A DNA stretch of 64,000 nt from Candidatus Woesearchaeota archaeon (GCA_965205335.1 OZ242164.1:672001-736000); one strand, 5' to 3'; positions 38,235 through 48,713 are shown, numbered from the stretch's first letter. Made by a program: numbers and translations. Notes: generated by a model from the sequence alone, not told the origin.

Positions 38235-41200
38235 TTAGTTTTGGGTGTTACTCAGTTTTCCAATGTCCTTATAATCTTTTATTTTCTTTGCAACATTATA
38301 AGTAGCAACTTTATCAGGGTTATCAATTTCTTTTAAAAATTCATACTTTCCACTTATACTATCAGTATCAAAAACACATTCACTATTCTTATGTTCACCA
38401 CATAAATACCTACGCTCCTTCAATTTCAAGTCTTTTATAGTCCTTCCTTTATCATTATTGTTTTTATCCCAATTCCATTGCTTCTCACAATAAGGGCACT
38501 CAGCACTTGTTCCCATCTTACTTACAAAAATAATTGCTCCAAACTGCTCAGAGTAATTTTTCATTTTATTTGTAATCTTCTTTTCCTGTTTTTTACCTAA
38601 TTCTTCTTTTCCAGTTTCCTTCTTTATTTCCTCTCTAAGTTCATTCTCCCTACCCTTTCTCAAATCCTCTCTAATCTCAATCAGATTCTTAATATGTGGT
38701 GGAACTAATCCCAATGTCTGAAACTTGTTAAACAAACTAAACTCCAACCTTCTTGAAATATTAATATATAATTCTTTAAAATGTTTATCAACATCACCAA
38801 CGTTCAAATCCTCTAAAATAACAAATCCCGGATATTTCTTCTGTAAAAAACTAATAACTCCTATCATATTAGCAACAACAGAATCTCTTAAATGATTTAA
38901 TTTCACAACAGATGGTTTATGTTCACTATCCTCTTTTTCTTTAAGTTCTTTCAAATACTTCTGCAAACTATTAAAGATATTCTCTTTTGTGTACTTGAGA
39001 TTATCCTTAACCAACAAACCCTCAAATTTCTTATCAAAAAAATAAATTTCCTTACCATCTAATTTTAAAGGAATTGAATCAACCTCACTCTTTTCCTCAT
39101 CCCATTCTAATTTTGAGTCTTTATTACAATCGTCAAAGATTATTCTCTTAACTCCTTCTTTTTTAAGCTTTAGAAAAGTCAAGACATCTCCATTTAAAAT
39201 AATTTTATCTTTAATTACCTTTGCAGTTGTCAAATCTATGCAAGTGCAGGTTTTTTCATCAAACCAACTCCTATCATCAGTTCTGTCAATAAAATAAGAA
39301 AGATTAGCAATAACTCGTTTTTCTTTTATATCTGTAAAATTAACCATCTTTGAACTCGGTTTTTCTCTTTTATCATAAAATCCCTTCTTTAACTCATAAC
39401 ACTTAATGTCTTCTTCACCTTGTGGAAATTTAGGTTTAACTAATGTGTCTCCATTAACTTCATAAGTTTCGTTCTTATCAAATTTAGCAATGCACAAAGT
39501 CGCAAGTTCAATTTGTCCCCTATCAATTCCATACTTGTAAAAATCATTCCAATTTCTTTCGTTAAATTTATCATTAAACTTATTAATCTCTTCTAATAGT
39601 TCTCTTGTTTCTGCAAATGCTAACTCAGGATATTTCTTACCTGCATTTAAAGAAAAACTCGTAGTTAATGTGTATTTGTCTTCTAAATTTCTATGTTTGA
39701 TTTTATCTAAATCAAAATCCTTATCTATTAAATATTGTCTTAATTCTGCATTCTCTTTTCTAAGATATATTTTTATTTCAGGATTTATCCTAATAGATTT
39801 ATCACGCTCCCAGAACTTATTCCATATTTCTTCTGTGTGTCTTTTATAATTACTTTCAGGAGTTTGATGAGTGTTTTTATTTCTATTCTCCAAGTCATAA
39901 GAAGTAATCTTACATTTAATTATGGAATGATTATCAATCAATTTATTTAGACTCTCATTTGAAATTGAAATCTTTCTCCAATCATAACAAGCATTCTCCA
40001 ACTCCAATTCAAAATCATTCAAATTATTAGTTTCAAGAACTTTTGTCAAATCAAAATGTTTTAAGTCTAATCTTTTTTTAGTATAATTGCTCCTTAATAC
40101 ATTTTTCAAAAATGGAAGCATTAATTCACTTTTTAATTTCTCATCATAATTTCTCCTCTTCCTTTTTTCTAACTCATCTTTATCATCTGTTGCTTTTTTC
40201 ACTCTTTGAAGTTCATTACACAAACTTCTATCTTCTCCTTTCATCTCACTCGCAAAAGTGCTCTCCTCTGCAAAACATAATTTATGAAGTGCTCTTTTTG
40301 TTAAAGATTCCAAAACCCAAATATTATTATCACTTCCTGATTGATTGACTTCTAATTCCTTCAACTCATCCTTAACCTTCCTTCTCTCATCTTTTGGCAC
40401 TAACAAAACAAATTTATCATTTTTATCTTCCAAAAATAAAACCCAAAACTTATTATTCTCTGCTTCAATTCTCTCTCTTTCAATCCCTTTGATTTGTGCT
40501 TTTAGTCTCCCATATCCCAAAGAAATTCTTTTAAAACTCTCTATAAGTCTCCACCAATTTTTAAAATGTTTGTTATCAACTCTTCTATGTGTTTCCCTAT
40601 CAAAATATTTTCTTTTAATCAAAAAGTCTCCTCTTCCTTTTTTCAATTTTTGAGCATCAGGTTTACTTCCATAATTACTGTACTGATTTGCTCTGTTATT
40701 TAATTCAATTTTCTGCGTGAGATTTTTAACTTCCTCAATATGTTGCCTATTCCCAAAAAGAAAAAATCTGTTTTCTAAGTTCTCAAGACTTTCTTTTTTA
40801 CATAATTCAAAAAATAAACTTTTCATCTCTGCTTTCAAATCTTTTATTAAAGTTTTAATTCCAAAAATATCAAAATAAACTTTGTTCTCACTTGAACTCC
40901 TGATTTGTTTATACTCTTCTAAAAATTTAATTTCCTCACAATTAGGTTTCTCTCCAAAATTAAAATCACCAAATCTCCCAATCTGTAAAACTTTTGAATT
41001 CTTATCATAATAGTATTTCTTCTCATCTAACTGTTCCTCAACCATCTTTATTTCTTCTTCATAATATTCCTTTGGTTTTTTATTCACAGTATAATAATTC
41101 ATACTTCCTTTTGCAATACATAAACCTACACTTTGAGAAGGCAGGTACTCCTCTTTAAGCATCTCTAATTGCTTTCCAAATTTATCAATATCTTTTGTTA

Positions 41201-41780
41201 AATTCATAATCTTTATTGTATCATTCTTATGGTTAGCATTTTCAATAAAATCTCTAATAAATCCAAAACATTTATTTGAAGAAATTTTAAGTAAATAATA
41301 ACCCATTTCTGCCCTAAAGCCTATAACTGATTTTTCTGGATCTTTCTTGTTCAGAGGGCTTTTTTCATATAACTTTTTTATTTTTTCTAAGTCATCACCA
41401 AATTCTTCAAACCATCCTTTAAAACCATCTTTGACATATTGGATTTGCGAAATTGAGAAATCCTTTCTTCTATTATTTTGATAAAATTCATTTTTAAAAT
41501 GGATTTTTAACCAATCTTTTTTTACAGTGATAAGTTTGTCATATATTAAATTATCTTCTTTGTCTCTTCTAAATTCATTGTCTTCATCTTTCACATACAA
41601 AAAATCCTTTAAATCTTGAGAAATTTTTGAACCATTTTTATAGAAATTTTCAAAATCAATTTCTCCTTTATTGCTTCCTTCTTTCTCAATATCCCTTAAA
41701 CTTCCTTTACATTCTTCCAAATTAAACCTTATTGCTTTTGTGTACTGGTATTCACCAACACTTTTATTATTTTCTGCCAT
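38235..41780 (-). CDS. Second type V effector, Cms1/Cas12a2/Cas12a3-like RuvC nuclease
   Basis: YTKAIRF WED start; YLPSQSVGLCIAKGSMNYYTVNKK; RINPEI; RuvC-I YGIDRG, RuvC-II ILEDL, RuvC-III PDKVATYNVAK; CPYC...C..C zinc ribbon; ATG 41780 preferred. Confidence 0.88.
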   Translation of the reverse strand: MAENNKSVGEYQYTKAIRFNLEECKGSLRDIEKEGSNKGEIDFENFYKNGSKISQDLKDFLYVKDEDNEFRRDKEDNLIYDKLITVKKDWLKIHFKNEFYQNNRRKDFSISQIQYVKDGFKGWFEEFGDDLEKIKKLYEKSPLNKKDPEKSVIGFRAEMGYYLLKISSNKCFGFIRDFIENANHKNDTIKIMNLTKDIDKFGKQLEMLKEEYLPSQSVGLCIAKGSMNYYTVNKKPKEYYEEEIKMVEEQLDEKKYYYDKNSKVLQIGRFGDFNFGEKPNCEEIKFLEEYKQIRSSSENKVYFDIFGIKTLIKDLKAEMKSLFFELCKKESLENLENRFFLFGNRQHIEEVKNLTQKIELNNRANQYSNYGSKPDAQKLKKGRGDFLIKRKYFDRETHRRVDNKHFKNWWRLIESFKRISLGYGRLKAQIKGIERERIEAENNKFWVLFLEDKNDKFVLLVPKDERRKVKDELKELEVNQSGSDNNIWVLESLTKRALHKLCFAEESTFASEMKGEDRSLCNELQRVKKATDDKDELEKRKRRNYDEKLKSELMLPFLKNVLRSNYTKKRLDLKHFDLTKVLETNNLNDFELELENACYDWRKISISNESLNKLIDNHSIIKCKITSYDLENRNKNTHQTPESNYKRHTEEIWNKFWERDKSIRINPEIKIYLRKENAELRQYLIDKDFDLDKIKHRNLEDKYTLTTSFSLNAGKKYPELAFAETRELLEEINKFNDKFNERNWNDFYKYGIDRGQIELATLCIAKFDKNETYEVNGDTLVKPKFPQGEEDIKCYELKKGFYDKREKPSSKMVNFTDIKEKRVIANLSYFIDRTDDRSWFDEKTCTCIDLTTAKVIKDKIILNGDVLTFLKLKKEGVKRIIFDDCNKDSKLEWDEEKSEVDSIPLKLDGKEIYFFDKKFEGLLVKDNLKYTKENIFNSLQKYLKELKEKEDSEHKPSVVKLNHLRDSVVANMIGVISFLQKKYPGFVILEDLNVGDVDKHFKELYINISRRLEFSLFNKFQTLGLVPPHIKNLIEIREDLRKGRENELREEIKKETGKEELGKKQEKKITNKMKNYSEQFGAIIFVSKMGTSAECPYCEKQWNWDKNNNDKGRTIKDLKLKERRYLCGEHKNSECVFDTDSISGKYEFLKEIDNPDKVATYNVAKKIKDYKDIGKLSNTQN

Positions 41781-41808
41781 TTTAGATTTCACTTCAACTA
41801 CATCTCAC

Positions 41809-44800
41809 TTATGAATTGTATTTAGACCTTTGTCTATTCACAACATCATCCCTCTGAGCATAATTTTGCCAATCAGTTTTAGATATACCTTTAATCTTAT
41901 CTTCTGGATTTGAATCAATTCTATTCAAAATAATAACTCCCTTCCTTGCAACATTATACGCCCCGTTTGCATCACTATCCTGTGGAAGTTTTGAATCATC
42001 CTCACAATTACGACTATCATAAAAAGGCTCAACAGGGGAAAGTATAAAATCAGACTTGTGATTATGAACTCCTTCATTCATCTTGGAACTATCGGTAACT
42101 CGCATATCTAAAAGGCGATTGAAATGAGCAGTTAGTTTAGCAAGAAATTTAGATTTATGAAATTTCTCTGTATTATCAGAATCACAAATCCCTTCTTTAT
42201 AATCCTTTTCTGCTTCTAAAACAAGTCCTTCTTTCTCAAATAAGTCCTTTAACTTTTGATTAACACTAATAACCTCATGAGATTTCCATTTGCCATTCTT
42301 AGCACTTTCATATTCTGGCAAATCTTTTTTATCAGCAGTCAATTTCCTTTCTTTAAATTCTGACCTGTCTATATGACTATGAATTGTCCATTTTGTTCTT
42401 GTTAATTTTGTTTCATCATTTTCGTTTTTATCCTCATAACTACCTGTCATTCCTTTAAGATTTTTTAATTCATAAGTAAATTCAAAATGTTCTCCATTAT
42501 AAATAATAGAATCAAACTTACCAAAGAATCCTTGAGAATTTTTGGCATCCTTATATTTATGATAAAGACTTCGCATATATCCTGTCACAGGGTCAGTTTT
42601 AGATGTGTAACCTGCCGTTGTATAAAAAAGAATTCCAGATTGTTTGCCAAGTTTTTGAAAACTATCAAATTTGTTAGTAAGTTGATAAGCCCTTAAATGA
42701 TGTCCTGCCTTTCCAAATTCATTATTATCCTTAAAAACCGAATAATTTAATTTATCAATTAGAGCCTTCTCAAATTTCTGATAAACTTGTTTTTCAACTT
42801 TAAACCTTCCTCGCTTAAAACCGAAATTTAAATCCTCTAAAACAACAATTGCATTATGCTTAATGATAAGTTTGCTGAGTTGATGAACTACTTGTGACAA
42901 ATAGCCCTCTTTCAATTCTTTAATATTTTCTATCGTCTCCCAATTTTCACGAGCACCTGCCCTCTCTTTCTCTTTATCATTAAGTTTATCCCAATAGTTA
43001 ATTTTTCTTGTCTTACTTTCGCCTTTAGGCTTAAAATCATTATCAATTTCATTAAAACTTCCTTGCTCACTTCCCTGTCCCAAAATATCACCTTGCTGAT
43101 CAATAACTGTATAATATAACAAATTTCGTTCTCCCCTATCAATTCCTATGATATTTACTTTCTCCAAATTATCCTTTATGTGTTGATTGATTTCCTTGTT
43201 GATATAATCAGTTCCTATTGCCTTAAAGTTAAGAGTGATAGGACAATGAAAAAGCAATTTATCTTCACTATACCTTTTATCTTTTAAGATTGGATTTCTC
43301 TCACCTTTCTCAATTCGTTGTTTAATCTCCCCCTTAATGATGTCACTATGGTGTCCTTTCTCCCGTTTACTTTGAGAATATTTAATCGAAGTTTTACGAT
43401 AAAAAATTTCTGCTTCCCCATTAAGTTTAGAGACTACATCTTTTAAATTATTTTCATCAAACAAAGATTTCCAATACAAAGTATGTAAATTCTTTCTTCC
43501 TTTGCTATGAGGTGAAAAATCTTTATTATAAATCTGGAAAAGATAAATCTTTTCATCATCTATCATCTTGTTAATATAATTCTCACTTATATTAGAAAAT
43601 GTGATTTTATAAATACACCCCGATAGTTGATTGTAAAATTTATCCAAAGAATCATAATTTCTTGTAAAAGTATCTTTGTAGTCGTAATTTGCTTCTGCAA
43701 CACTTGTATAACATTCACAAAAATTTCTACAAAAATTAATCCATTTAGTAAGAGCATCCCTATAACCTTTCTCATCTTTTGACAATTCCAAATATTTCTT
43801 TTGAAACTTTTTTGGTCTTGTATCATTACTCCTTTTAGAAACGAAAGAATTTGTGTTTTTATCATAAACGAAATTATTTAATTCAAAAATTTCTTTTGTA
43901 ATAATCAAATCTTTCTTGAAATTTTCTTGTTTTTTCTTGTCTTTGCTTTGCTTAAATATAGAAGTATTAAAATCATTATCGCTATTTGTAAAATGTTTTT
44001 TAACTTCGTTTAATTGTGTACTACATTTAGGAATCATTGTTGTTCCATCTTTGAAGAATTTATAGTTCATCTTCTTATAAATGCTGCCTTCTCCTTTAAT
44101 TAGCAACAAATTTTCTAATTTCTTTCTTAACTCGCCAAGTTTTTTTAACTCCTCCTCATAAACTCTTGTACCTTGACTTTTTTTGTTAATTTTATTTTCT
44201 TGTTCACTAATTTTTCCTCTTAAACTCTCTATTTCCTTTTTATGTTTATCATCATCAGCAAACTCAAAAAGTCTATTATTTTCTTTATTCATAATTGCTA
44301 AATAGAATTGTTCATCTTTAACTAATAAGACTGCAGTGTTGTCAGTTTCCTTATTCAAGTCCCAACCAGCAGCTAAAGTGGAATTTTCAAAATTCAGTTT
44401 AAATTTCTTAGTTGAAAAATCTTTTTTGGTTAAGAAATTACGAGCCATATTATAAAGACGACTAATCCGATTTTCATCAAGAAAACTTTGAATGAACTTT
44501 TTCCATGAGTCATTCTGCTCTTCACTTTTATCTAAATCCTTTTCTTTTACACTTAAACTTCTAAAAAAACTGAACAAATCTCGAGAAGCATCCAAATATT
44601 CCTTAATAGGCTTCTTTTCTTTTTTATCTAAAACTTCATCATTTAAATTTTCCTTATCCTTTAAAGACCCAGTACATTTCTTATAATTACAAAGAGTTTC
44701 CTTCCTCTGATTTAGCAGATAATAATATTTAGATTTAAAATAAGATAAAAAAATATTTTCGGATTCCATCTTCCCATCCTTTAGCCAAGGACGGTTTGTT

Positions 44801-46479
44801 TTATCTGCAGTTTCTATAAATTGCTCATAAAAATTACTTTTCTCTTTATTGCTTTCATTTGTATCAACCCATTCTCTTTTCTCCTGAAGTTTATCCTCTA
44901 TCTCTTTAATCGTAAATGCTTTTCGTTTTGCTTGTTTTTTCTTTTCTGTATCCTCAAATCCGTCTAAATACCATTGTTCCAAAGCATTCCAACTTCCTGT
45001 TAAATCATTAGAGATAAATCTCAAACTTTCTTTGCTGATATAAATCTCATTTCTATTTTCTTCTTTCCTAGACTCTTCTAATTCTTCTAATAAATCGCTG
45101 AAAGATAATTCTCCACTTTCTTTGTTACCTTTCTCAATAAAATTAATTAATTTAGTCTCATCTTCCACAAACTCATCAATTTTTTCAATAAGACCTTCAT
45201 TACTTTCAAAAGCCTCAATAAATTCCCCATCTTGTTCGCTTAAAATTTGTTTATAAAACTCTTGTAAAGGTGGAAATTCTTTACGTCCTGCTCCTGCTTT
45301 TTGGCGTGTTAAATTAACCAATTCATTAATTCCTTGAACTTTTGATTTTCCTTCTTCTTCAGGAATACCTCCAAGAATTTTATTATACATATCAATTCCC
45401 TTTTGTGATAAAAAAGATAGAAAACATTCATATTTAAAAATTTCTTCCGCATTGAAATTTAACTTGCTCTCAACTTTTTGTAACTCCTTATCCCAACTCC
45501 AATCTTTTTCTTCCAGAGTGTCTTGATATTTTTTTATTGTTTCCCTCAAATTTTCCCATTTCTTGATATTATCAAAATGAAATTTTATGTTTTGCTCAAA
45601 CAAACGATGAGCAACAGAAGTTGATTTAAAATGCCAATTATCATTATTACCTTCACCTTTAATATCATAAACATTTTCCCTATTCTTATTAAAGCCCCCA
45701 AAGTAACTATTAAAACCATCAAACTCCTTTATTGACTTTGTGGCTTTTTCATCCTGAATATAAAACAATCGTAAAAGAGTAAAAAGAGTGTCAGTTTTCT
45801 TATATAAATGCGATGTTTCACGAAATTCGTAGCCCAAACATTTTTTATATTCTTTGAGTGTTCTTTCTAAATCTTGAATTTGCTTGTCTAGTTTCCTTCT
45901 TTCTGTTCGTAATTCTTCTAACTTTTCAGTTTCACTTTTAGAAGCCTCTTTAATTTGCTTAGCAATACTTTCTCTTTTTTCTTTCTTTCTTTTTAATTTT
46001 TGTTCATCATCTGCCCGCTGTTGCTTTAAATATTCTCTCTTCTCTTTTAGAGTTTCAAAAAATTCAGAAGTACTATTATCCAAAATATCAACCAATTTAC
46101 TTGCCAACTCCTTTTGAATTCTGTTAATCACAACATCATCCCAATCTTTCTTGCTTTTAGTATATTCATTATAAAATAACCCTATTTCCTTATTTAGATT
46201 ATCCTTTTGAAATGGAGAAATATTTTCATCAGATAAAGCAAAGCATAAAAATTCACGATGTAAATCATCTATCAGCCTTTTAACTTTCTTATATGCTTCC
46301 GCTCTTTCCTTATCTTCCAAAATCAAATCCGCCAAAGACAAATCAAAATCCTTCTTCTCTTTTATATTTCTCACTAATTCCTCTGTTTTCCCAACAGGTT
46401 TCAACTCAAACCTTAAAGTCTTAGACAAACTATATTGATTTGTAAACTCATCCCATATGCAATTTTCTGATTCTGCCAT
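41809..46479 (-). CDS. cas12a: Type V-A effector Cas12a (Cpf1), 1556 aa
   Basis: FTNQYSLSKTLRFELKPVGKT, FKLNFENSTLAAGWD.NKE, MIPKC, YLFQIYNKDFS, NLHTLYW, GIDRGERNL, LEDLNFGFKRGR, DANGAYNVARKG. Confidence 0.97.
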   Translation of the reverse strand: MAESENCIWDEFTNQYSLSKTLRFELKPVGKTEELVRNIKEKKDFDLSLADLILEDKERAEAYKKVKRLIDDLHREFLCFALSDENISPFQKDNLNKEIGLFYNEYTKSKKDWDDVVINRIQKELASKLVDILDNSTSEFFETLKEKREYLKQQRADDEQKLKRKKEKRESIAKQIKEASKSETEKLEELRTERRKLDKQIQDLERTLKEYKKCLGYEFRETSHLYKKTDTLFTLLRLFYIQDEKATKSIKEFDGFNSYFGGFNKNRENVYDIKGEGNNDNWHFKSTSVAHRLFEQNIKFHFDNIKKWENLRETIKKYQDTLEEKDWSWDKELQKVESKLNFNAEEIFKYECFLSFLSQKGIDMYNKILGGIPEEEGKSKVQGINELVNLTRQKAGAGRKEFPPLQEFYKQILSEQDGEFIEAFESNEGLIEKIDEFVEDETKLINFIEKGNKESGELSFSDLLEELEESRKEENRNEIYISKESLRFISNDLTGSWNALEQWYLDGFEDTEKKKQAKRKAFTIKEIEDKLQEKREWVDTNESNKEKSNFYEQFIETADKTNRPWLKDGKMESENIFLSYFKSKYYYLLNQRKETLCNYKKCTGSLKDKENLNDEVLDKKEKKPIKEYLDASRDLFSFFRSLSVKEKDLDKSEEQNDSWKKFIQSFLDENRISRLYNMARNFLTKKDFSTKKFKLNFENSTLAAGWDLNKETDNTAVLLVKDEQFYLAIMNKENNRLFEFADDDKHKKEIESLRGKISEQENKINKKSQGTRVYEEELKKLGELRKKLENLLLIKGEGSIYKKMNYKFFKDGTTMIPKCSTQLNEVKKHFTNSDNDFNTSIFKQSKDKKKQENFKKDLIITKEIFELNNFVYDKNTNSFVSKRSNDTRPKKFQKKYLELSKDEKGYRDALTKWINFCRNFCECYTSVAEANYDYKDTFTRNYDSLDKFYNQLSGCIYKITFSNISENYINKMIDDEKIYLFQIYNKDFSPHSKGRKNLHTLYWKSLFDENNLKDVVSKLNGEAEIFYRKTSIKYSQSKREKGHHSDIIKGEIKQRIEKGERNPILKDKRYSEDKLLFHCPITLNFKAIGTDYINKEINQHIKDNLEKVNIIGIDRGERNLLYYTVIDQQGDILGQGSEQGSFNEIDNDFKPKGESKTRKINYWDKLNDKEKERAGARENWETIENIKELKEGYLSQVVHQLSKLIIKHNAIVVLEDLNFGFKRGRFKVEKQVYQKFEKALIDKLNYSVFKDNNEFGKAGHHLRAYQLTNKFDSFQKLGKQSGILFYTTAGYTSKTDPVTGYMRSLYHKYKDAKNSQGFFGKFDSIIYNGEHFEFTYELKNLKGMTGSYEDKNENDETKLTRTKWTIHSHIDRSEFKERKLTADKKDLPEYESAKNGKWKSHEVISVNQKLKDLFEKEGLVLEAEKDYKEGICDSDNTEKFHKSKFLAKLTAHFNRLLDMRVTDSSKMNEGVHNHKSDFILSPVEPFYDSRNCEDDSKLPQDSDANGAYNVARKGVIILNRIDSNPEDKIKGISKTDWQNYAQRDDVVNRQRSKYNS

Positions 46480-46530
46480 ATACTAAGGGAAACAATAAAT
46501 GAATTATAAACATTTCTCATCTAGTTTTCA

Positions 46531-47514
46531 TGTATTGTCCGCAAAAAATTTCCCACCTTGGAAATTGAGTCTTTTATGAAACTAAATGCTTTGGACATTG
46601 AAAAGATAATTAAGCGTAAGAATAAAGGTGTTTCATCTGTTTTTATTGCTAAGCAGTTCAATATTAGTAAAAGAAGAGTTAATCAACTTTTCTTAGAATT
46701 TAAGAAAACAGGGTTACTTCCTGTTTTGCAGAAGAATGGCATGAAACCAAAAAGAGTCTATCTTAGAAGTTTAGAAAGAAGAATTCTTTCTTTGCATTCA
46801 AAACTAGGGTTTGGAGCAAATTACATTTGTCAATATCTGCGTAAGAAAGAAAACTTTAAAATTGCAAATAACTATGTTCATATTGTGTTACTTGCAAATA
46901 ATAAAGCAACTGCCAATCCTAAAAAGCAAAAGAGAAGAAAGCCATGGATTCGTTATGAAAAACCATGGTCTTTAGATATGGTTCATATGGATTGGCACTA
47001 TAATTCACATTTGCAAATGTGGATGTGTGCGGTCTTAGATGATAAATCAAGGAAAATCCTTTGTGGAGGCGAGTTCAAAAAACAAGAAGCAAAACACAAT
47101 ATTGGGTTGATCAAACAAGCTTACAAAACGTATTTGCATATAAGACCAATTGATATTTGTTTGACTGATAGAGGCAGTCAGTTTTATGCAAATAAGCAAG
47201 AGGGTAAACAACAAGGCATATCTGAGTTCCAAAGAGTTCTTGCCAGGTTAGGAATTACACATTCAAAATGTAGATATAAACACCCTCAAACCAATGGTAA
47301 GTTTGAGAAGTGGAATCATACCTATGAACTTCATAGACAGAAATTCAACACATTTAATGAATTTATGGACTGGTATAATCATAGACCGCATGGTAGCTTG
47401 GATTTTGATACGCCTGAACAAGTGTTCTGGCGTGAATTAATGCCATGGACATTAGGTAGGTTTATAAAAATGATTGGAGGTAATAAAAGTGGGAAAAAGA
47501 ATTAGGACAACACA
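46531..47514 (+). mobile_element. IS481-family insertion sequence
   Basis: Ends TGTATTGTCC...TTTCCCAC and GTGGGAAA...GGACAACACA (TGT...ACA); no flanking duplication. Confidence 0.85.
46558..47505 (+). CDS. IS481-family DDE transposase (integrase core)
   Basis: N-terminal HTH, VHMDW, LTDRGSQF, HPQTNGKFE, YNHRPHGSL. Confidence 0.92.
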   Translation: MEIESFMKLNALDIEKIIKRKNKGVSSVFIAKQFNISKRRVNQLFLEFKKTGLLPVLQKNGMKPKRVYLRSLERRILSLHSKLGFGANYICQYLRKKENFKIANNYVHIVLLANNKATANPKKQKRRKPWIRYEKPWSLDMVHMDWHYNSHLQMWMCAVLDDKSRKILCGGEFKKQEAKHNIGLIKQAYKTYLHIRPIDICLTDRGSQFYANKQEGKQQGISEFQRVLARLGITHSKCRYKHPQTNGKFEKWNHTYELHRQKFNTFNEFMDWYNHRPHGSLDFDTPEQVFWRELMPWTLGRFIKMIGGNKSGKKN

Positions 47515-48301
47515 CTCGAAGAACTAGGTGACGATATTTCAAATTAAAGAATTTAATTGAGATGAAACTGGAAGTTTACTTCCATGGAAGCGATGGCTTC
47601 AACTCCCAAAAATTCCTGCTAAATCCACATTACATGATTGGATGAAGTCATTTAATTTAGAATTTATTAGAGAATTGTTACATCAAACAATTTCGGAGAT
47701 TAAACCTGAAATTGTTGCAATTGATGGATCAGGAGTTGATACTCAATATAAATCATCATATTTTCAAAAACGTTTAATGGACTTTGGATTTAGAAAACCA
47801 AAAACTCCATGGCATAAATTAGACATCATAGTTGATGTTAAATCTAAAGAAAAATGGATTTTAGATTTTTCTTTTTTAATTAAACAACAACACGATTCAA
47901 AAGTTGCTTGGCAACTTTTTAAGCGAATTTAAAGAATTGCACTTTGGTAGTTCCACCAAAGAATTATGGAACTAAATGTGTTCATAGAAACTATGAACGT
48001 GAAAAGTTCCATAAGCAATATTATGAAAATGAAAAATTATATTCATTAAGAAACAATGTTGAAAGTGTGTTTTCTTCTTTGAAACGAGCTCAAGGACTCA
48101 AAATCCGTTCTAAGAAAGGATTTATGAAAAAAAGAGAGATGGGTTGGCAAATGGTTTGGTATAATATTAGAAAAAAACTTTCTTGCATAAAGTTTTTTGT
48201 TCAATTTATAATTAAGAATTTGATTGAAATTATTAAATATTTGAATTTTAATTTGAAAAATCAAATTTCAACTAATTAAAAATTAGTTTCCGGACAGAGC
48301 C
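47515..48301 (+). mobile_element. Truncated IS5-family element: pseudogenised transposase and right TIR only
   Basis: Fragments IPAKSTLHDW, VAIDGSG...WHKLDIIVD (47642-47932) and YSLRNNVESVFSSLKR (47944-48279); right end TTTCCGGACAGAGCC at 48301 matches the MITE ends. Confidence 0.85.
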
Positions 48302-48344
48302 AACCTTACAAAAATTTTATAAACATTGAATTATAGCAAATAAT

Positions 48345-48713
48345 ATGCCTCACCAATGTTTAGGATGCGACAGAATTTATAACAACTCATCAGATGTAAT
48401 CATAAAAGGTTGCCCTGATTGTGGTAAGAAACTATTTCTATACATAAGAGATATGCCCAAAGAAGAAGAGGAGCAAATTGAAATCTCAAAAAGAAACAAA
48501 GAACTAATCCTAGAAGAAATTGAATCAATGACAAACATCCAAGACATCGAAGAACCAATTATCCTAAAACTTGAAAACGTAAGAGTCCTTGCTTCAGGAA
48601 AATACGAAATAGACATCAACCAACTCATGAAAAAAGAAAAACCCCTAATCTATAAAGTTCAGGACGGCACTTATGTAATTGACTTAAACTTTCTGGTGAA
48701 CGAAAATGAATGA
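48345..48713 (+). CDS. Zn-ribbon protein (DUF2072/OapC-like)
   Basis: MPHQC..C...GCPDCG, GKYEID, GTYVID; TTTATAAA at 48316-48323. Confidence 0.8.
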   Translation: MPHQCLGCDRIYNNSSDVIIKGCPDCGKKLFLYIRDMPKEEEEQIEISKRNKELILEEIESMTNIQDIEEPIILKLENVRVLASGKYEIDINQLMKKEKPLIYKVQDGTYVIDLNFLVNENE

